Shown here one piece after another: positions 41,063 through 50,869 of a stretch of DNA of 64,000 bases; the first letter of the stretch is position 1; every line of letters starts with the position of its first letter. The notes under the pieces were generated by a model that was not told where the DNA came from, did no database searches, and was given only the letters and a program-made list of their open reading frames with translations. The stretch is from Acidobacteriota bacterium (GTDB taxonomy: Bacteria > Acidobacteriota > UBA6911). The stretch spans positions 928,001-992,000 of the forward strand of contig OY761556.1 in assembly GCA_963664705.1 (NCBI GenBank). Reading direction: 5' to 3'. Position numbers and translations under genes: made by a program.

Positions 41063-42054
41063 CGTATGCCTTTCCGCATCGCGGGACGCGTTCTGGGATC
41101 CAGCGCCAGCATCGCCGTGTCCGCCAGCAGATTTCCCAGGACAAGGAGAAGACTGCTTCCCAGGACGCATCCGGCCAGCAGGAACAGATCGCGGTTGAAG
41201 AGCGCGTCATAGGTGATCTGTCCGAGTCCGGGCCACGAGAAGATGACTTCCAGGACGAGGCTTCCGCTGAGGATTCCCCCGAGCATCGGCCCTGTGATTG
41301 AGAGCACGGGGTTGAGCCCCGGGCGCAGCATGTAATTCAGAAAAATCCGCGAATTTCCCAGGCCTCTGGCTCGTGCGCAGCGCAGGTACAATAAATTGTC
41401 GTGGCTCTGCATGGCGGCGTATTGAATCCGTTCTATATAGGCGAGAACGGGAATGGTCAGGCAGAGCACCGGCAAACACAGGTGGTGGAGCCGATCGATT
41501 GTCCAGTGCAGGATGCCGATCGGCTGATCGGCCAGCGAGTTCATGCCCCCCAGCGGGAACCAGTGCGTGTGCGCGGCAAAGAGTAGCGCCGACAGTCCCA
41601 GTAGAAGGGAAGGGAGTGAAAGTGCGATCGTGGAAAACAGGCTCAGCAGTTTTCCCGGCGCGCGTCTCTCAAACAGGGCGTGAATGGTGCCGGCAAAAAG
41701 CCCGCCGCCGAAGCCGAGAATCAAAGCCGGAATCCCCATCCAGAGAGTGTTGGCCAGGGCGCCGGTGACTACGGAGAAAACGGGGCGCTGGTAGAAGAGG
41801 GATTGTCCCAGGTCCAGGCGCAGAAGCCTGCCGAACCAGCGCGCAAACTGAATGTAGAACGGCGCGTCCAGTCCATATTTATGCCGGAGCTGGCTTACCG
41901 CTTCCTTCTGGATCGATGCATCGACCAGGTGCGTGCTGAAGAAGTCCCCGGGAATAACTGCGGAGAGCCAGAAGGTAAGGAAGGCAACGGCAAAGGAAAG
42001 CAGCAGGAACTGAGCGATTCGTTTCAATAGGAAGGATGAAGTCCCGGTCCGCAT
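41059..42054 (-). CDS. Peptide ABC transporter permease (DppB/OppB)
   Basis: PGD, GLD.P, DLGQS, ARARGL, EVIFSWPGLG. Confidence 0.9.
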   Translation of the reverse strand: MRTGTSSFLLKRIAQFLLLSFAVAFLTFWLSAVIPGDFFSTHLVDASIQKEAVSQLRHKYGLDAPFYIQFARWFGRLLRLDLGQSLFYQRPVFSVVTGALANTLWMGIPALILGFGGGLFAGTIHALFERRAPGKLLSLFSTIALSLPSLLLGLSALLFAAHTHWFPLGGMNSLADQPIGILHWTIDRLHHLCLPVLCLTIPVLAYIERIQYAAMQSHDNLLYLRCARARGLGNSRIFLNYMLRPGLNPVLSITGPMLGGILSGSLVLEVIFSWPGLGQITYDALFNRDLFLLAGCVLGSSLLLVLGNLLADTAMLALDPRTRPAMRKGIR

Positions 42055-42323
42055 CTGTTTTTGCCAATGGCGGCATCTGTTCTGTCCGGGATGCCGGCAC
42101 GCTCCGATTTTTCGTAATTTGCCCGAATTGAAACTCCCATTGTACTAGAAAGCCGTGATTTTCTATAATGGGCTGCCCTTGAATCAACCCCTCGCTTGCA
42201 TCTGTAGTTCCCTCGGAGTGAGGGCGCCCTTTTGAATTTAGACGCGCGATAGCCGTTGGTCTGTGTAACTTCTAAAAATTAGTGTCTTTGCAGTGGCCTG
42301 CCACCATTTGTCAGGGAGCGTCT

Positions 42324-45300
42324 ATGAAGGCAATGACCAAGCACCTCAAGGATGGCTTCAAACTGAATGATCGCTACCAAATTGAAGAAATGCTGGGGAT
42401 TCAGGACATAGGACAGCTTTATCGCTGCAGCGATCGCGCCACGGGGCGGGGTCGGGCGAGATTGCGGATTCTTTTCGGCGAGTCGCTTGGAGTAGCGGAT
42501 ACAGCGGCTATGAGCGGAGCCTTATCGCTGCTTCGCAGATTGCAGCACCCGAATCTGGGGCGCGTCTTGGATTATGGAATCATTAAGGGGTCTCAAGATC
42601 TGTTTGTCGTTCAGGAATGGGTGGATGGCAAGGATATATGGGTTGGAACCGAGGATGTGGAATTTGAAGAGCTGTTGAGTATTTTGATCGATGTCGTTCA
42701 GTCTGTGCATTACTTGCATACACGCGGACTGGTTCACGGCTGTTTGAATTCCTCGAATATCATCCTGGCCAAGAATGGGAAGGGCACGAGGCCAAAGCTG
42801 TTGGATTTCGGCCTGGTGCGAAGCCTTCCGCAGCATGGAGGCAGCAGACTAGGGAATCCCGTGCACTTGGCTCCAGAGCTTTTGTTGGGTGGAGCCGTCA
42901 CCCAAAGCTCCGATCTGTATTCTCTGGGAATCCTGATTTATCAGTTGTTGACGCGCCGGCTTCCTTTCGAAGATGTTGACCCCGGTTTTCTGGTGGAAAA
43001 GCGCCTGCAGGTAAACATCGATCTGAGGCCGATAGGGCGTCTTAAGAATGGCGCCGTATTGAAGGAGATGTTGTGCAATCTGCTGGAAAGAGATGCGGAT
43101 AAACGATCCGGATCCAGTGAGGGCGTCTTACGGGGGTTGATAGAAGTACTTGGACGCGATACATCACGCCGGAATGCCAGGGATTTGCGAAACCTGTTCT
43201 CCTCATCGCGATTCGTCGGCAGGGACAACGAGCAGAGTCTTCTCAAGAAGTGCGCTAGCCAGGTGGAGGTGAACGGGCGAGGGTGGACCGTGTTTGTATC
43301 CGGAGAAGGAGGTTTGGGGAAGAGCAGGCTTTTGGAGGAATTTTCAAGCTGGGCCCGTTTGGAAGGCTGGCGGGTAATTGAAGGAGCCTGCGATACGCGC
43401 CACCAGGAGCCTTACGGGCCCTACCGGCAGATTCTGGCTCAGACGGAATCCATGAGTGGAGAATCCATATTCCGTTTTGAGAATACGTCACGGTCACAGG
43501 AAATGAGATCCTTTGAACCATCTCCTGAGTTTGCTGCCGGCCAGTTCCGGGATCTTCTGACCCGGGAGCTTGTCCGACGGTTGAGCGTGTGCCCAACCTT
43601 GCTTTTACTGCATGACTTTCATTTATCTGATGAGGCTACCAGTACTGTTCTGGACTATCTGAGTTCGGACATTCAGACGCACCCGATATTGATGTGCGTG
43701 AGTCTGAGATCCTGCGAGGACGCAGGTGGAGGAATTAACCGCGCCATAGAGCAGGCTCTGAGGCAGCAGCGGGGCGAGGTTTTGAACCTTGAGCCTCTGG
43801 TTGAAGGTAGTGTAGGTGAGCTTGTGGCCGGGATTACAGGCGATGCCAGGCTTAAAGGTACCCTGGGATCGTGGATGTATAACAATATAGGAGGAAACCC
43901 ATTCTTTATTGAGGAGATGTTGAAGCATCTGGTGGAGCAGGGATTGCTGCGTTGTGAATTGGATCGATTCCGGTTCAGGAATAGGGATTTGCAGAGATTG
44001 GAAGTGCCTGAAACGATTGGAGCGGTACTGCAGCGTCGACTTGTGCACCTGTCTTCAGCAGCGGGAAATCTGGCAAACTGGCTCGCCTTATTTCACCGGC
44101 CGATTACCAAAAGCCTCCTGACATCGATTTTGGAGTGGGAGGATGCGGAGGTAGCCAAAGCTTTGCAGGAGCTGAGGGAACGGCAGTTGGTGCGGATTGA
44201 AATGGGCGATGCGTTTGAAGTTATTGAGTTAGGCCACGTTCTCTTTGCAGAAGTCATTCGAGGGAATTTGCCGAAGGCTAAGCGCTTGAGGATGCATAGA
44301 AAGATAGCCGAGGTTCTGGAGCGGGAATATGGATGCGAAGGGAATCTCCAGGAATTGGCAATGCATGCAATGGAAGGGCGGACGGGGGTCAAGTCTGTCC
44401 GATATGCGCTGACATTGGCGACTCAGTCCCATGCTGAATTTGCCCACGAAAAAGCACTGCAATGCTATGAATATGTGTTTCGTCATCGAGGCGACCTGAC
44501 GGAGGCCGACCTTTGCCAAGCCGCCATCGAAGCCAGCGATACAATGTTTGCACTGGGAATTCCGACCCAAGCTATCAGGCTTTTGAAAAGAGAGATGAAT
44601 TGGTGCGGCAATATCGATCAGGAATTAAGGGCGGGATTGTTGATGCAATTCGCGGTTGCATATAAGCACTTAGGAGATTTGATTCGAAAGGATACATTTT
44701 GTAAAAAGGGGCTTCATTACCTTCGCCATTCACGTTTTGATAAGAATCCAACAAAAGCATTGCTATGGGCCGAACTGGCTTTCAACGCTATGCTACGATC
44801 TAATCCAAAACTTGGACTAAGGTTGTTAAAAAAAGCCCAATCTGCCTGTCCTGAATCCAATTCAGGGATTCTGGCTGGCAGGATACAAAACCTCGCGGCA
44901 TCTCTTCATCGAGTGGCATGCAACTTCCAAAAGGCTCTCATTGCAGGCGAGAAAGCGGTTAGTATTTTTACCAAGTGTGATAGTTCCTTTCTAGTTTGCT
45001 CCGCCTATTCAACTTTGGGCTTGGTTTTAATGGGCCTAGGAAGATTTTCACTTGCCCTAAGAATGCATCAAGATGCTGTCACGGAAAGCGAAAAGAATCG
45101 CTCGGTCGCGCTAAGGGCTCAAGCATCTGCCAATCTACTAGAGTGTTTGTGCAAAATGGGGCGAATGACAGAAGCTGCGGAGTTGGCCGAAAATGCCAGC
45201 GAATATATTTATGGGCTACAGAATCCATCCATAAGAGATGCTTTTATTGTCATCATGGCCGAAATTAAGCTAAACCTTTGCGATTACAGTGGAGCGCTTG

Positions 45301-47693
45301 ATCTGATCAGGCAGTTGGATGAAAAGAGAATTGGGCGTTCAGCCGTGTATATTTCGGGCCATGCTCATTATGTCGCTGCCAGTGCTTTTTTCTATTTGGG
45401 AGATTTTGATTCAGCGATTCATCACATTGAAACAATTTTTTCTGTTCAACGGGCAGAAGCTCCTTTTTATGAGAGAGAGTTGGCCGCTGCGCTGCAGGCC
45501 CGCATTATGTCCGAACGAGGCCTCGCTGATCGTGCAATCAAGCAATTGCGCTCACTTGACAAAACGGTTACCCGAAAAAAGTGGCCTTATCAGATGTGCA
45601 TCATAAAGCTTCACCTAGCTGAAATAATGCTTCGAAAACAGCTCTATGATACTGCCAAAAAATTAGCAAAGAATGCGTTGCGATTGGCAAAGGGTATGCA
45701 TTCCGAATCCCTAATTGGGCAAAGTTACCTTTTGCTTGGGAGTGCATACTCCAGACTTTTTCACTCTAATGATAAGGACAGATTGTATCTTGGTTATGCG
45801 ATAGAGAACCTGCAATTTGTATGCAACTCAAGCGCCTCCGTTTCCAATGAAACTGTTTGGCGAGCCTGTGCAGAATTGAGTTTGATATATGAAGAGTTGG
45901 CAAATTCGAGAAAAAGCGTCGATTATGCGGAAAAAGCGCATAATTGTTTATCTAAAATCGAAAGACGATTGTCGCAGAGGATGCAGGATTCTTATATAAA
46001 CGCATTCGGACGAAATTACCTGAAATCCGAAGTGCTTCGACTTGCTGATCGGCGTGGAAGCTGTCAAACACAAGATAATTCGGGGCCTGGGCTAATTGCG
46101 AGTATCGAGGGTAGAATACTGTTGCGAGTCAGCGCGGCAGTAAACTCAATTCCGGACATAAACCGACTTTTGGAACGAATATTGGATCAGTTGATCCAGG
46201 CTGCAGGACTGGAGCGGGCTTTTGCTTTTCTTGCTGACAGCTCAAACCGAGATCTTTGTTTGGCCAAAGGCAGAAATCACCTAAGAGAGACTATTCAGAA
46301 CGCGGGAGCAACAATCGACACCATTGTTGAGGAGGTGTTTGAACGAGGTCTGCCTATGGTTAGCTCTAATGCACAAATCGATCCGAGATTTAAGGACAAG
46401 GTAAACATGTTGGGGCATCAAGGCGTACTCCTTTGTGCTCCACTAAGAGTAGCCGACAGGATCCTTGGTGTTCTTTATGCAGATCATTCATTGCCAGAGG
46501 AAAACCTTAGCGAGTCAGTGTTTAACCTTTTTGCCGCCTTTTGCAATCTTGCTGGGATAGCTATTGATAACACAATTGTGCATCAGCAATTGGCTCGGGA
46601 AAAGTCGGAGTTGGAAGAGTATTTTCATCTCGCTCGTGGTGAATACCCCGAAATTGTTGGAAAAAGTGCCGTGGTGGAGTCATTGCGTGATCGAATAGGT
46701 ATGGCAGCCCAATCGCCGCTTGATATTTTGGTTATTGGAGAAAGTGGTACGGGGAAGGAACTTGTTGCCAAAGCCATTCATAGCTCAGGAAATAGAAAAA
46801 ATGGGAAATTTATAGCAGTCGATTGTGGCTCGCTTTCTGACACGCTAGCAGAGGCAGAGTTATTTGGCTATCGCAAAGGGGCGTTTACAGGGGCGTTCGA
46901 AAATCGGCCAGGGCTACTTGAGGCAGCTAACGGCGGGATCTTATTTCTGGATGAAATATCGAACATGCCGTTGAAAACACAACCAAAATTATTGCGCGTT
47001 CTTCAGGAAAGGGAAGTTAGGAGAATTGGTGAAACCATAACAAGAAAAGTGGATTTTCAGGTAGTGTCGGCAACCAACAGAGATATTCTACTGGATGTAC
47101 GAGAGGGGAAATTTCGAGAGGATCTATATCATCGTCTGAGAGGAATGGAAATACGCGTGCCCCCATTAAGGGATCGTTTGGGCGACATCCAACTGTTGGT
47201 TGACTGGCATTTGTCGGATATTAACCGAGCAACTAGCAAGAAAAGGAAGTTTTCACAAGAGGCGAGGGAGATCTTATCTAGATATCACTATCCCGGAAAT
47301 ATACGCGAACTCAAGAACGTTGTTGCTGATGCCTATTATTCAGCAAAGGGCGGGCAGATAAGCGTTGGCGATTTGCCAGTCGAGGTCAGGGGAATGCTTT
47401 CGGAAGAGTTCAGTGCCGACAATGGCATTGCTTCGCGGTTATATATTCAAATTGCTGAAGGACGCGGAACCTTTGAAGAATTGGTAAAGAAGCCGTTCAT
47501 TGATCGCCAGTTAAGCCCACCAATACTTCGAAGCATTATTGAGAGGGCGTTGAGGGAGTCAGCGGGGAGCTACAGAAAGGCATTTTCGATTTTAAAAATC
47601 CCCGGGCGGCAGTATTCGCTGACTATCAGATTTTTAAAGCATTATAAGTGCTATTTAAACTACCAGCAGTTCAGACAGCGCGAATATGATTAG
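42324..47693 (+). CDS. Giant sigma54-dependent activator: pseudokinase + STAND-type ATPase + TPR + GAF + AAA+ + atypical C-terminal DNA-binding domain
   Basis: HGCLNSSN/DFG/APE; FVGR, GEGGLGKS, GGNPFFIEE; GAF (GVLYAD); GESGTGKE, GAFTGA, LFLDEI, YPGNIREL. Confidence 0.9.
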   Translation: MKAMTKHLKDGFKLNDRYQIEEMLGIQDIGQLYRCSDRATGRGRARLRILFGESLGVADTAAMSGALSLLRRLQHPNLGRVLDYGIIKGSQDLFVVQEWVDGKDIWVGTEDVEFEELLSILIDVVQSVHYLHTRGLVHGCLNSSNIILAKNGKGTRPKLLDFGLVRSLPQHGGSRLGNPVHLAPELLLGGAVTQSSDLYSLGILIYQLLTRRLPFEDVDPGFLVEKRLQVNIDLRPIGRLKNGAVLKEMLCNLLERDADKRSGSSEGVLRGLIEVLGRDTSRRNARDLRNLFSSSRFVGRDNEQSLLKKCASQVEVNGRGWTVFVSGEGGLGKSRLLEEFSSWARLEGWRVIEGACDTRHQEPYGPYRQILAQTESMSGESIFRFENTSRSQEMRSFEPSPEFAAGQFRDLLTRELVRRLSVCPTLLLLHDFHLSDEATSTVLDYLSSDIQTHPILMCVSLRSCEDAGGGINRAIEQALRQQRGEVLNLEPLVEGSVGELVAGITGDARLKGTLGSWMYNNIGGNPFFIEEMLKHLVEQGLLRCELDRFRFRNRDLQRLEVPETIGAVLQRRLVHLSSAAGNLANWLALFHRPITKSLLTSILEWEDAEVAKALQELRERQLVRIEMGDAFEVIELGHVLFAEVIRGNLPKAKRLRMHRKIAEVLEREYGCEGNLQELAMHAMEGRTGVKSVRYALTLATQSHAEFAHEKALQCYEYVFRHRGDLTEADLCQAAIEASDTMFALGIPTQAIRLLKREMNWCGNIDQELRAGLLMQFAVAYKHLGDLIRKDTFCKKGLHYLRHSRFDKNPTKALLWAELAFNAMLRSNPKLGLRLLKKAQSACPESNSGILAGRIQNLAASLHRVACNFQKALIAGEKAVSIFTKCDSSFLVCSAYSTLGLVLMGLGRFSLALRMHQDAVTESEKNRSVALRAQASANLLECLCKMGRMTEAAELAENASEYIYGLQNPSIRDAFIVIMAEIKLNLCDYSGALDLIRQLDEKRIGRSAVYISGHAHYVAASAFFYLGDFDSAIHHIETIFSVQRAEAPFYERELAAALQARIMSERGLADRAIKQLRSLDKTVTRKKWPYQMCIIKLHLAEIMLRKQLYDTAKKLAKNALRLAKGMHSESLIGQSYLLLGSAYSRLFHSNDKDRLYLGYAIENLQFVCNSSASVSNETVWRACAELSLIYEELANSRKSVDYAEKAHNCLSKIERRLSQRMQDSYINAFGRNYLKSEVLRLADRRGSCQTQDNSGPGLIASIEGRILLRVSAAVNSIPDINRLLERILDQLIQAAGLERAFAFLADSSNRDLCLAKGRNHLRETIQNAGATIDTIVEEVFERGLPMVSSNAQIDPRFKDKVNMLGHQGVLLCAPLRVADRILGVLYADHSLPEENLSESVFNLFAAFCNLAGIAIDNTIVHQQLAREKSELEEYFHLARGEYPEIVGKSAVVESLRDRIGMAAQSPLDILVIGESGTGKELVAKAIHSSGNRKNGKFIAVDCGSLSDTLAEAELFGYRKGAFTGAFENRPGLLEAANGGILFLDEISNMPLKTQPKLLRVLQEREVRRIGETITRKVDFQVVSATNRDILLDVREGKFREDLYHRLRGMEIRVPPLRDRLGDIQLLVDWHLSDINRATSKKRKFSQEAREILSRYHYPGNIRELKNVVADAYYSAKGGQISVGDLPVEVRGMLSEEFSADNGIASRLYIQIAEGRGTFEELVKKPFIDRQLSPPILRSIIERALRESAGSYRKAFSILKIPGRQYSLTIRFLKHYKCYLNYQQFRQREYD

Positions 47694-47704
47694 TCTTTCG
47701 ATGC

Positions 47705-50095
47705 CTATGCGCGATAAAAATCGATAACGTTTGTATCCAATGTGAATTTTTGAAGAATGCCCGATCGAAGGTTTTCCTGTGCAGAATGCAAAAGTGATAA
47801 AATTGTAGCTCCATCTTTGGGGTAGAATGAAATTCCTATTTGGCAGTCAATAGAAAAACCCTGTCCAATCGTCGGGCGGTTGCCTCTTATCTGCTGTTTC
47901 AATCGTTGAGCGCAACGTAATGCCTGGTCATCCCTGACGCCTGGGAGAAAGACAACAAATCCCTGAGCCCCATAGCAAACAAGAATGTCACTTTCTCGCA
48001 GTTCAGGCTTAATGCTATCCGCAATTTTTTTGAAAACTGAATCAGCCAAATTAGAACCAAAATTCCGTACAATCTGGGGAAGATTTCTGATCTCAATATA
48101 TATTAGCGAAATTGGTGTTCTGTTTTCAGCGGCTGCAGATATCAGTTGCGGGCCGACTGCGGCTAAATATGAGATTCTGCAAAGGCCGGTGACTGGATCA
48201 ATAGTATCACTAGAGGTTTTACTATCCTCGTTGGCTGCATCTGCGAAAAGAGGCGCAATAACATTTGCCACGGTTTGCAGGACTGCAAGGTGGTTCTCAG
48301 TGTAGGAGATTGGATCTTGTCCGTAGAGTGAGAGCGTTCCAAGGCATTCGTCTTCTTTGGTTATGGGCACGACAAGTGTATCGCTAAATGAGAACTGTGA
48401 TTCCCCTGGCGTTCCCTGGAAATCGAGCGCCGGCCCCGTGTTGATCATTGGGCGCTTATGTGCCGCCACCCACCCGCTGATTCCCTTTCCAACCTCCATT
48501 TCTCTGTTTTGAAGTGATTCTGAGAACATTCCGCTAACATATGTAGCCGAAATTTTGTTTTCGGAATTGCATATGAAGAAGGCGCAGGTGGAATATGGGA
48601 CCAAAGCTTTCAGTCGCTGCGCCAGGATGGAAAGAACATCGTTTAGGCGCAAGTGCCCGGAGATTGTACTGCAAAGCTCCGTTAATTGAATTAGCTCGGC
48701 TGGTATGTCCAAACTTGACTTGGCGGTTTTGGTGGCGATATCTGGCTCACTTGTTTCCGAATACTTTCGGAATGACAACTGCGGTGCATTCTCGGATTCC
48801 TTTAGTGCCGCTTGTTCCAGTTCATCAATGTGTTTTGTGAAAATGTCGACAAGGTGTGGATCATAGACCGTCCCCGCCTGATTGCGCAAAATCTCAGCCG
48901 CTTCATCTTTGCCAATAGGCAGTTTATAGGGACGAGAGAACCGGATTGCATCAAAAGCGTCAGAAATTGCAAGAATCCTTGCCCCCAAGGGAATATCCTC
49001 ACCCTTTAGGCCATCCGGATATCCTAGTCCATCCCAGCGCTCATGATGTGAACGAACATATTTTGCCACAGGATATGGGAATCTTACTTGTTGAAGAATC
49101 TCATCTCCCGCAATGGAATGAACCTTGATCTTTTCAAATTCTTTTTTTGAAAGCCGTCCAGGTTTGTTTAGGATATAGTCGTCAATAGCAATCTTTCCTA
49201 TGTCATGAAGCAGCGATCCGGTTTCAATTGCTCGTAACTCATCTGGCTCCCTAATTCCACAAAGTTTAGCCAACCCCATCGCATAAATCTTTACTCGACG
49301 AATATGGCCATAGGTTGTTTGATCTTTTGCATCAACGGCAAGTGCTAATGATTCAACCGTGCGCAGGTACAATTGCTCTTGTTCTTTTAGATGGTCCTGC
49401 GCCTCTGCAACCCTGCTTTTATTGATCTGGTTCCATCCCCAAACAATGCCTATGATTGGTATCGCGGCGAATGCAGCCCAAGAGCCTAGCCATTGGTATA
49501 AAACAGCCATCACTGCAGCACACATTCCTGAAAGAGAGTAATCCATAGAGAGTGGGACACAAGTTTTGGCCCAAAATCTAAAGACACTTTCATCTGATGA
49601 CCATGCGATGGCAGTTGATGTGGAAATCGAGTTAAACAGGAAGAAGCTAAGAGTTAGAAGTGCGGCGGGAACAACAATATCAATTGGTTTGGCGCTGAAT
49701 TGGTGAATGCTTTGATAGATTGAACTGTAGATCCAAGCCCCACACGTGGTGCTTGCAACGTTAAATGCAACCCTATGGGCGTAGACTTTGGGCTTCTGTG
49801 AGACAATCGAGATAATGAGAATGTATACAAAAGTGCCAATAACACATGGTGCGGTTCCATATATCATGGCTATTGCCATGATATATGAATCACCTACTGT
49901 AATTGCAGCTTTGAAATGAGGCAGGTGCAGAAAACAAAAGATGGTAACAAGGGCAACCGCAAGGAGAATCAGCCATCGACTATCATATCCTCCTTTTGAG
50001 AGCTTAATGCCGGCCCAGAGCAATATAGGTATGGCTGAACAAACCAATAGACCTATATATAGCCTTAACTTTGATGGAAGATCTGCCCATGCCAT
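47705..50095 (-). CDS. Membrane-bound HD-GYP phosphodiesterase with GAF and degenerate GGDEF domains
   Basis: About 6-7 N-terminal TMs; DAKD.TT.GH, LLHDIGK, HHERWDG.GYP; GISGWVA (GAF); GAQGF in place of GGDEF. Confidence 0.92.
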   Translation of the reverse strand: MAWADLPSKLRLYIGLLVCSAIPILLWAGIKLSKGGYDSRWLILLAVALVTIFCFLHLPHFKAAITVGDSYIMAIAMIYGTAPCVIGTFVYILIISIVSQKPKVYAHRVAFNVASTTCGAWIYSSIYQSIHQFSAKPIDIVVPAALLTLSFFLFNSISTSTAIAWSSDESVFRFWAKTCVPLSMDYSLSGMCAAVMAVLYQWLGSWAAFAAIPIIGIVWGWNQINKSRVAEAQDHLKEQEQLYLRTVESLALAVDAKDQTTYGHIRRVKIYAMGLAKLCGIREPDELRAIETGSLLHDIGKIAIDDYILNKPGRLSKKEFEKIKVHSIAGDEILQQVRFPYPVAKYVRSHHERWDGLGYPDGLKGEDIPLGARILAISDAFDAIRFSRPYKLPIGKDEAAEILRNQAGTVYDPHLVDIFTKHIDELEQAALKESENAPQLSFRKYSETSEPDIATKTAKSSLDIPAELIQLTELCSTISGHLRLNDVLSILAQRLKALVPYSTCAFFICNSENKISATYVSGMFSESLQNREMEVGKGISGWVAAHKRPMINTGPALDFQGTPGESQFSFSDTLVVPITKEDECLGTLSLYGQDPISYTENHLAVLQTVANVIAPLFADAANEDSKTSSDTIDPVTGLCRISYLAAVGPQLISAAAENRTPISLIYIEIRNLPQIVRNFGSNLADSVFKKIADSIKPELRESDILVCYGAQGFVVFLPGVRDDQALRCAQRLKQQIRGNRPTIGQGFSIDCQIGISFYPKDGATILSLLHSAQENLRSGILQKFTLDTNVIDFYRA

Positions 50096-50161
50096 GATTA
50101 TCTTCTACTTAAATCAGTAGCCTACCAAATCATGTATCGGCAAAAAACCACCTAATCTTAA

Positions 50162-50192
50162 CCTGCAATTAGGGTTAAAACCTAATTGCAGG
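50162..50192 (-). terminator. 12-bp hairpin downstream of micro-peptide ORF
   Basis: CCTGCAATTAGG-GTTAAAA-CCTAATTGCAGG; T-run follows shortly on the minus strand. Confidence 0.6.
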
Positions 50193-50235
50193 CCATTTAA
50201 TCAAATTCATCTAGTTTGCTGCTAGAATGAGAATA

Positions 50236-50298
50236 CTAGCCAACCCAAATAATCATAGGGGTTTCACGGGATTCGAGAATTTCGATATCGGTCTGCAT
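50236..50298 (-). CDS. 20-aa putative precursor peptide MQTDIEILESRETPMIIWVG
   Basis: GGAG RBS 5 nt before ATG; acidic leader-like part + hydrophobic Trp tail; co-oriented with the RRE-M50-HlyD and HD-GYP genes. Confidence 0.65.
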   Translation of the reverse strand: MQTDIEILESRETPMIIWVG

Positions 50299-50359
50299 TT
50301 TATCTCCAAATATCTGAATGGGTTGTGTTTAAAAAAACAACACAATACTCTTGCCGCTG

Positions 50360-50407
50360 TCACAGCCAGAGAATTGCACTCGCCATAGCAGTCTCCTCTT
50401 TAATCAT
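50360..50407 (-). CDS. Second micro-ORF (MIKEETA)MASAILWL
   Basis: ATG 50407, or ATG 50386 with GAGGAG 6 nt upstream; ETxM..I(I/L)W resembles the neighbouring peptide. Confidence 0.4.
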   Translation of the reverse strand: MIKEETAMASAILWL

Positions 50408-50869
50408 TGAATGAACATCCCTCTCTCGATATAGCTCGACCGATCCCAAAGACACCCCAAAAAACCAGGCGCCATTCGGGCCACTTCCAAAGCAATGCCA
50501 CTCACACCGGTTATGAAACCGATATGCAATACGTAAAACAAGCGCGGCTTACTTCTTCAGCTTCGCTCTTACTCAAATTGGGAAAAGCATTCAACCCACA
50601 CCCAAAAGGGCACGGCCTGAACACTCGTCAAGGTGAGAGAGCTATTCGAGAAATTGCTGATCACTCACCGCAACCAAGAACCAGGAGCTAGGTTTCCTGA
50701 TCCCCGGCATTTTACTGTACAACAGACTCTTTGATAAACCAGACCGTAGCAGGGCTTACAGTCTAGTGTCAACAAAATTCTAATTTCTTTTAAAGTTTTC
50801 AGGCTTGTTGCCGACCGTTCCAGGACTAGGTTCGACGCCGTCTCCAAATCGCCCGTCATCCGCCAAATC

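Noticed and set aside
42324-47693. Avs-type antiphage STAND system
   Set aside because: The effector is an intact sigma54 activator, not a nuclease, TIR or protease; a regulatory role fits better.
50407-50691. 94-aa plus-strand ORF in the peptide region
   Set aside because: TTG start without RBS, no recognisable features, opposite to local gene direction.
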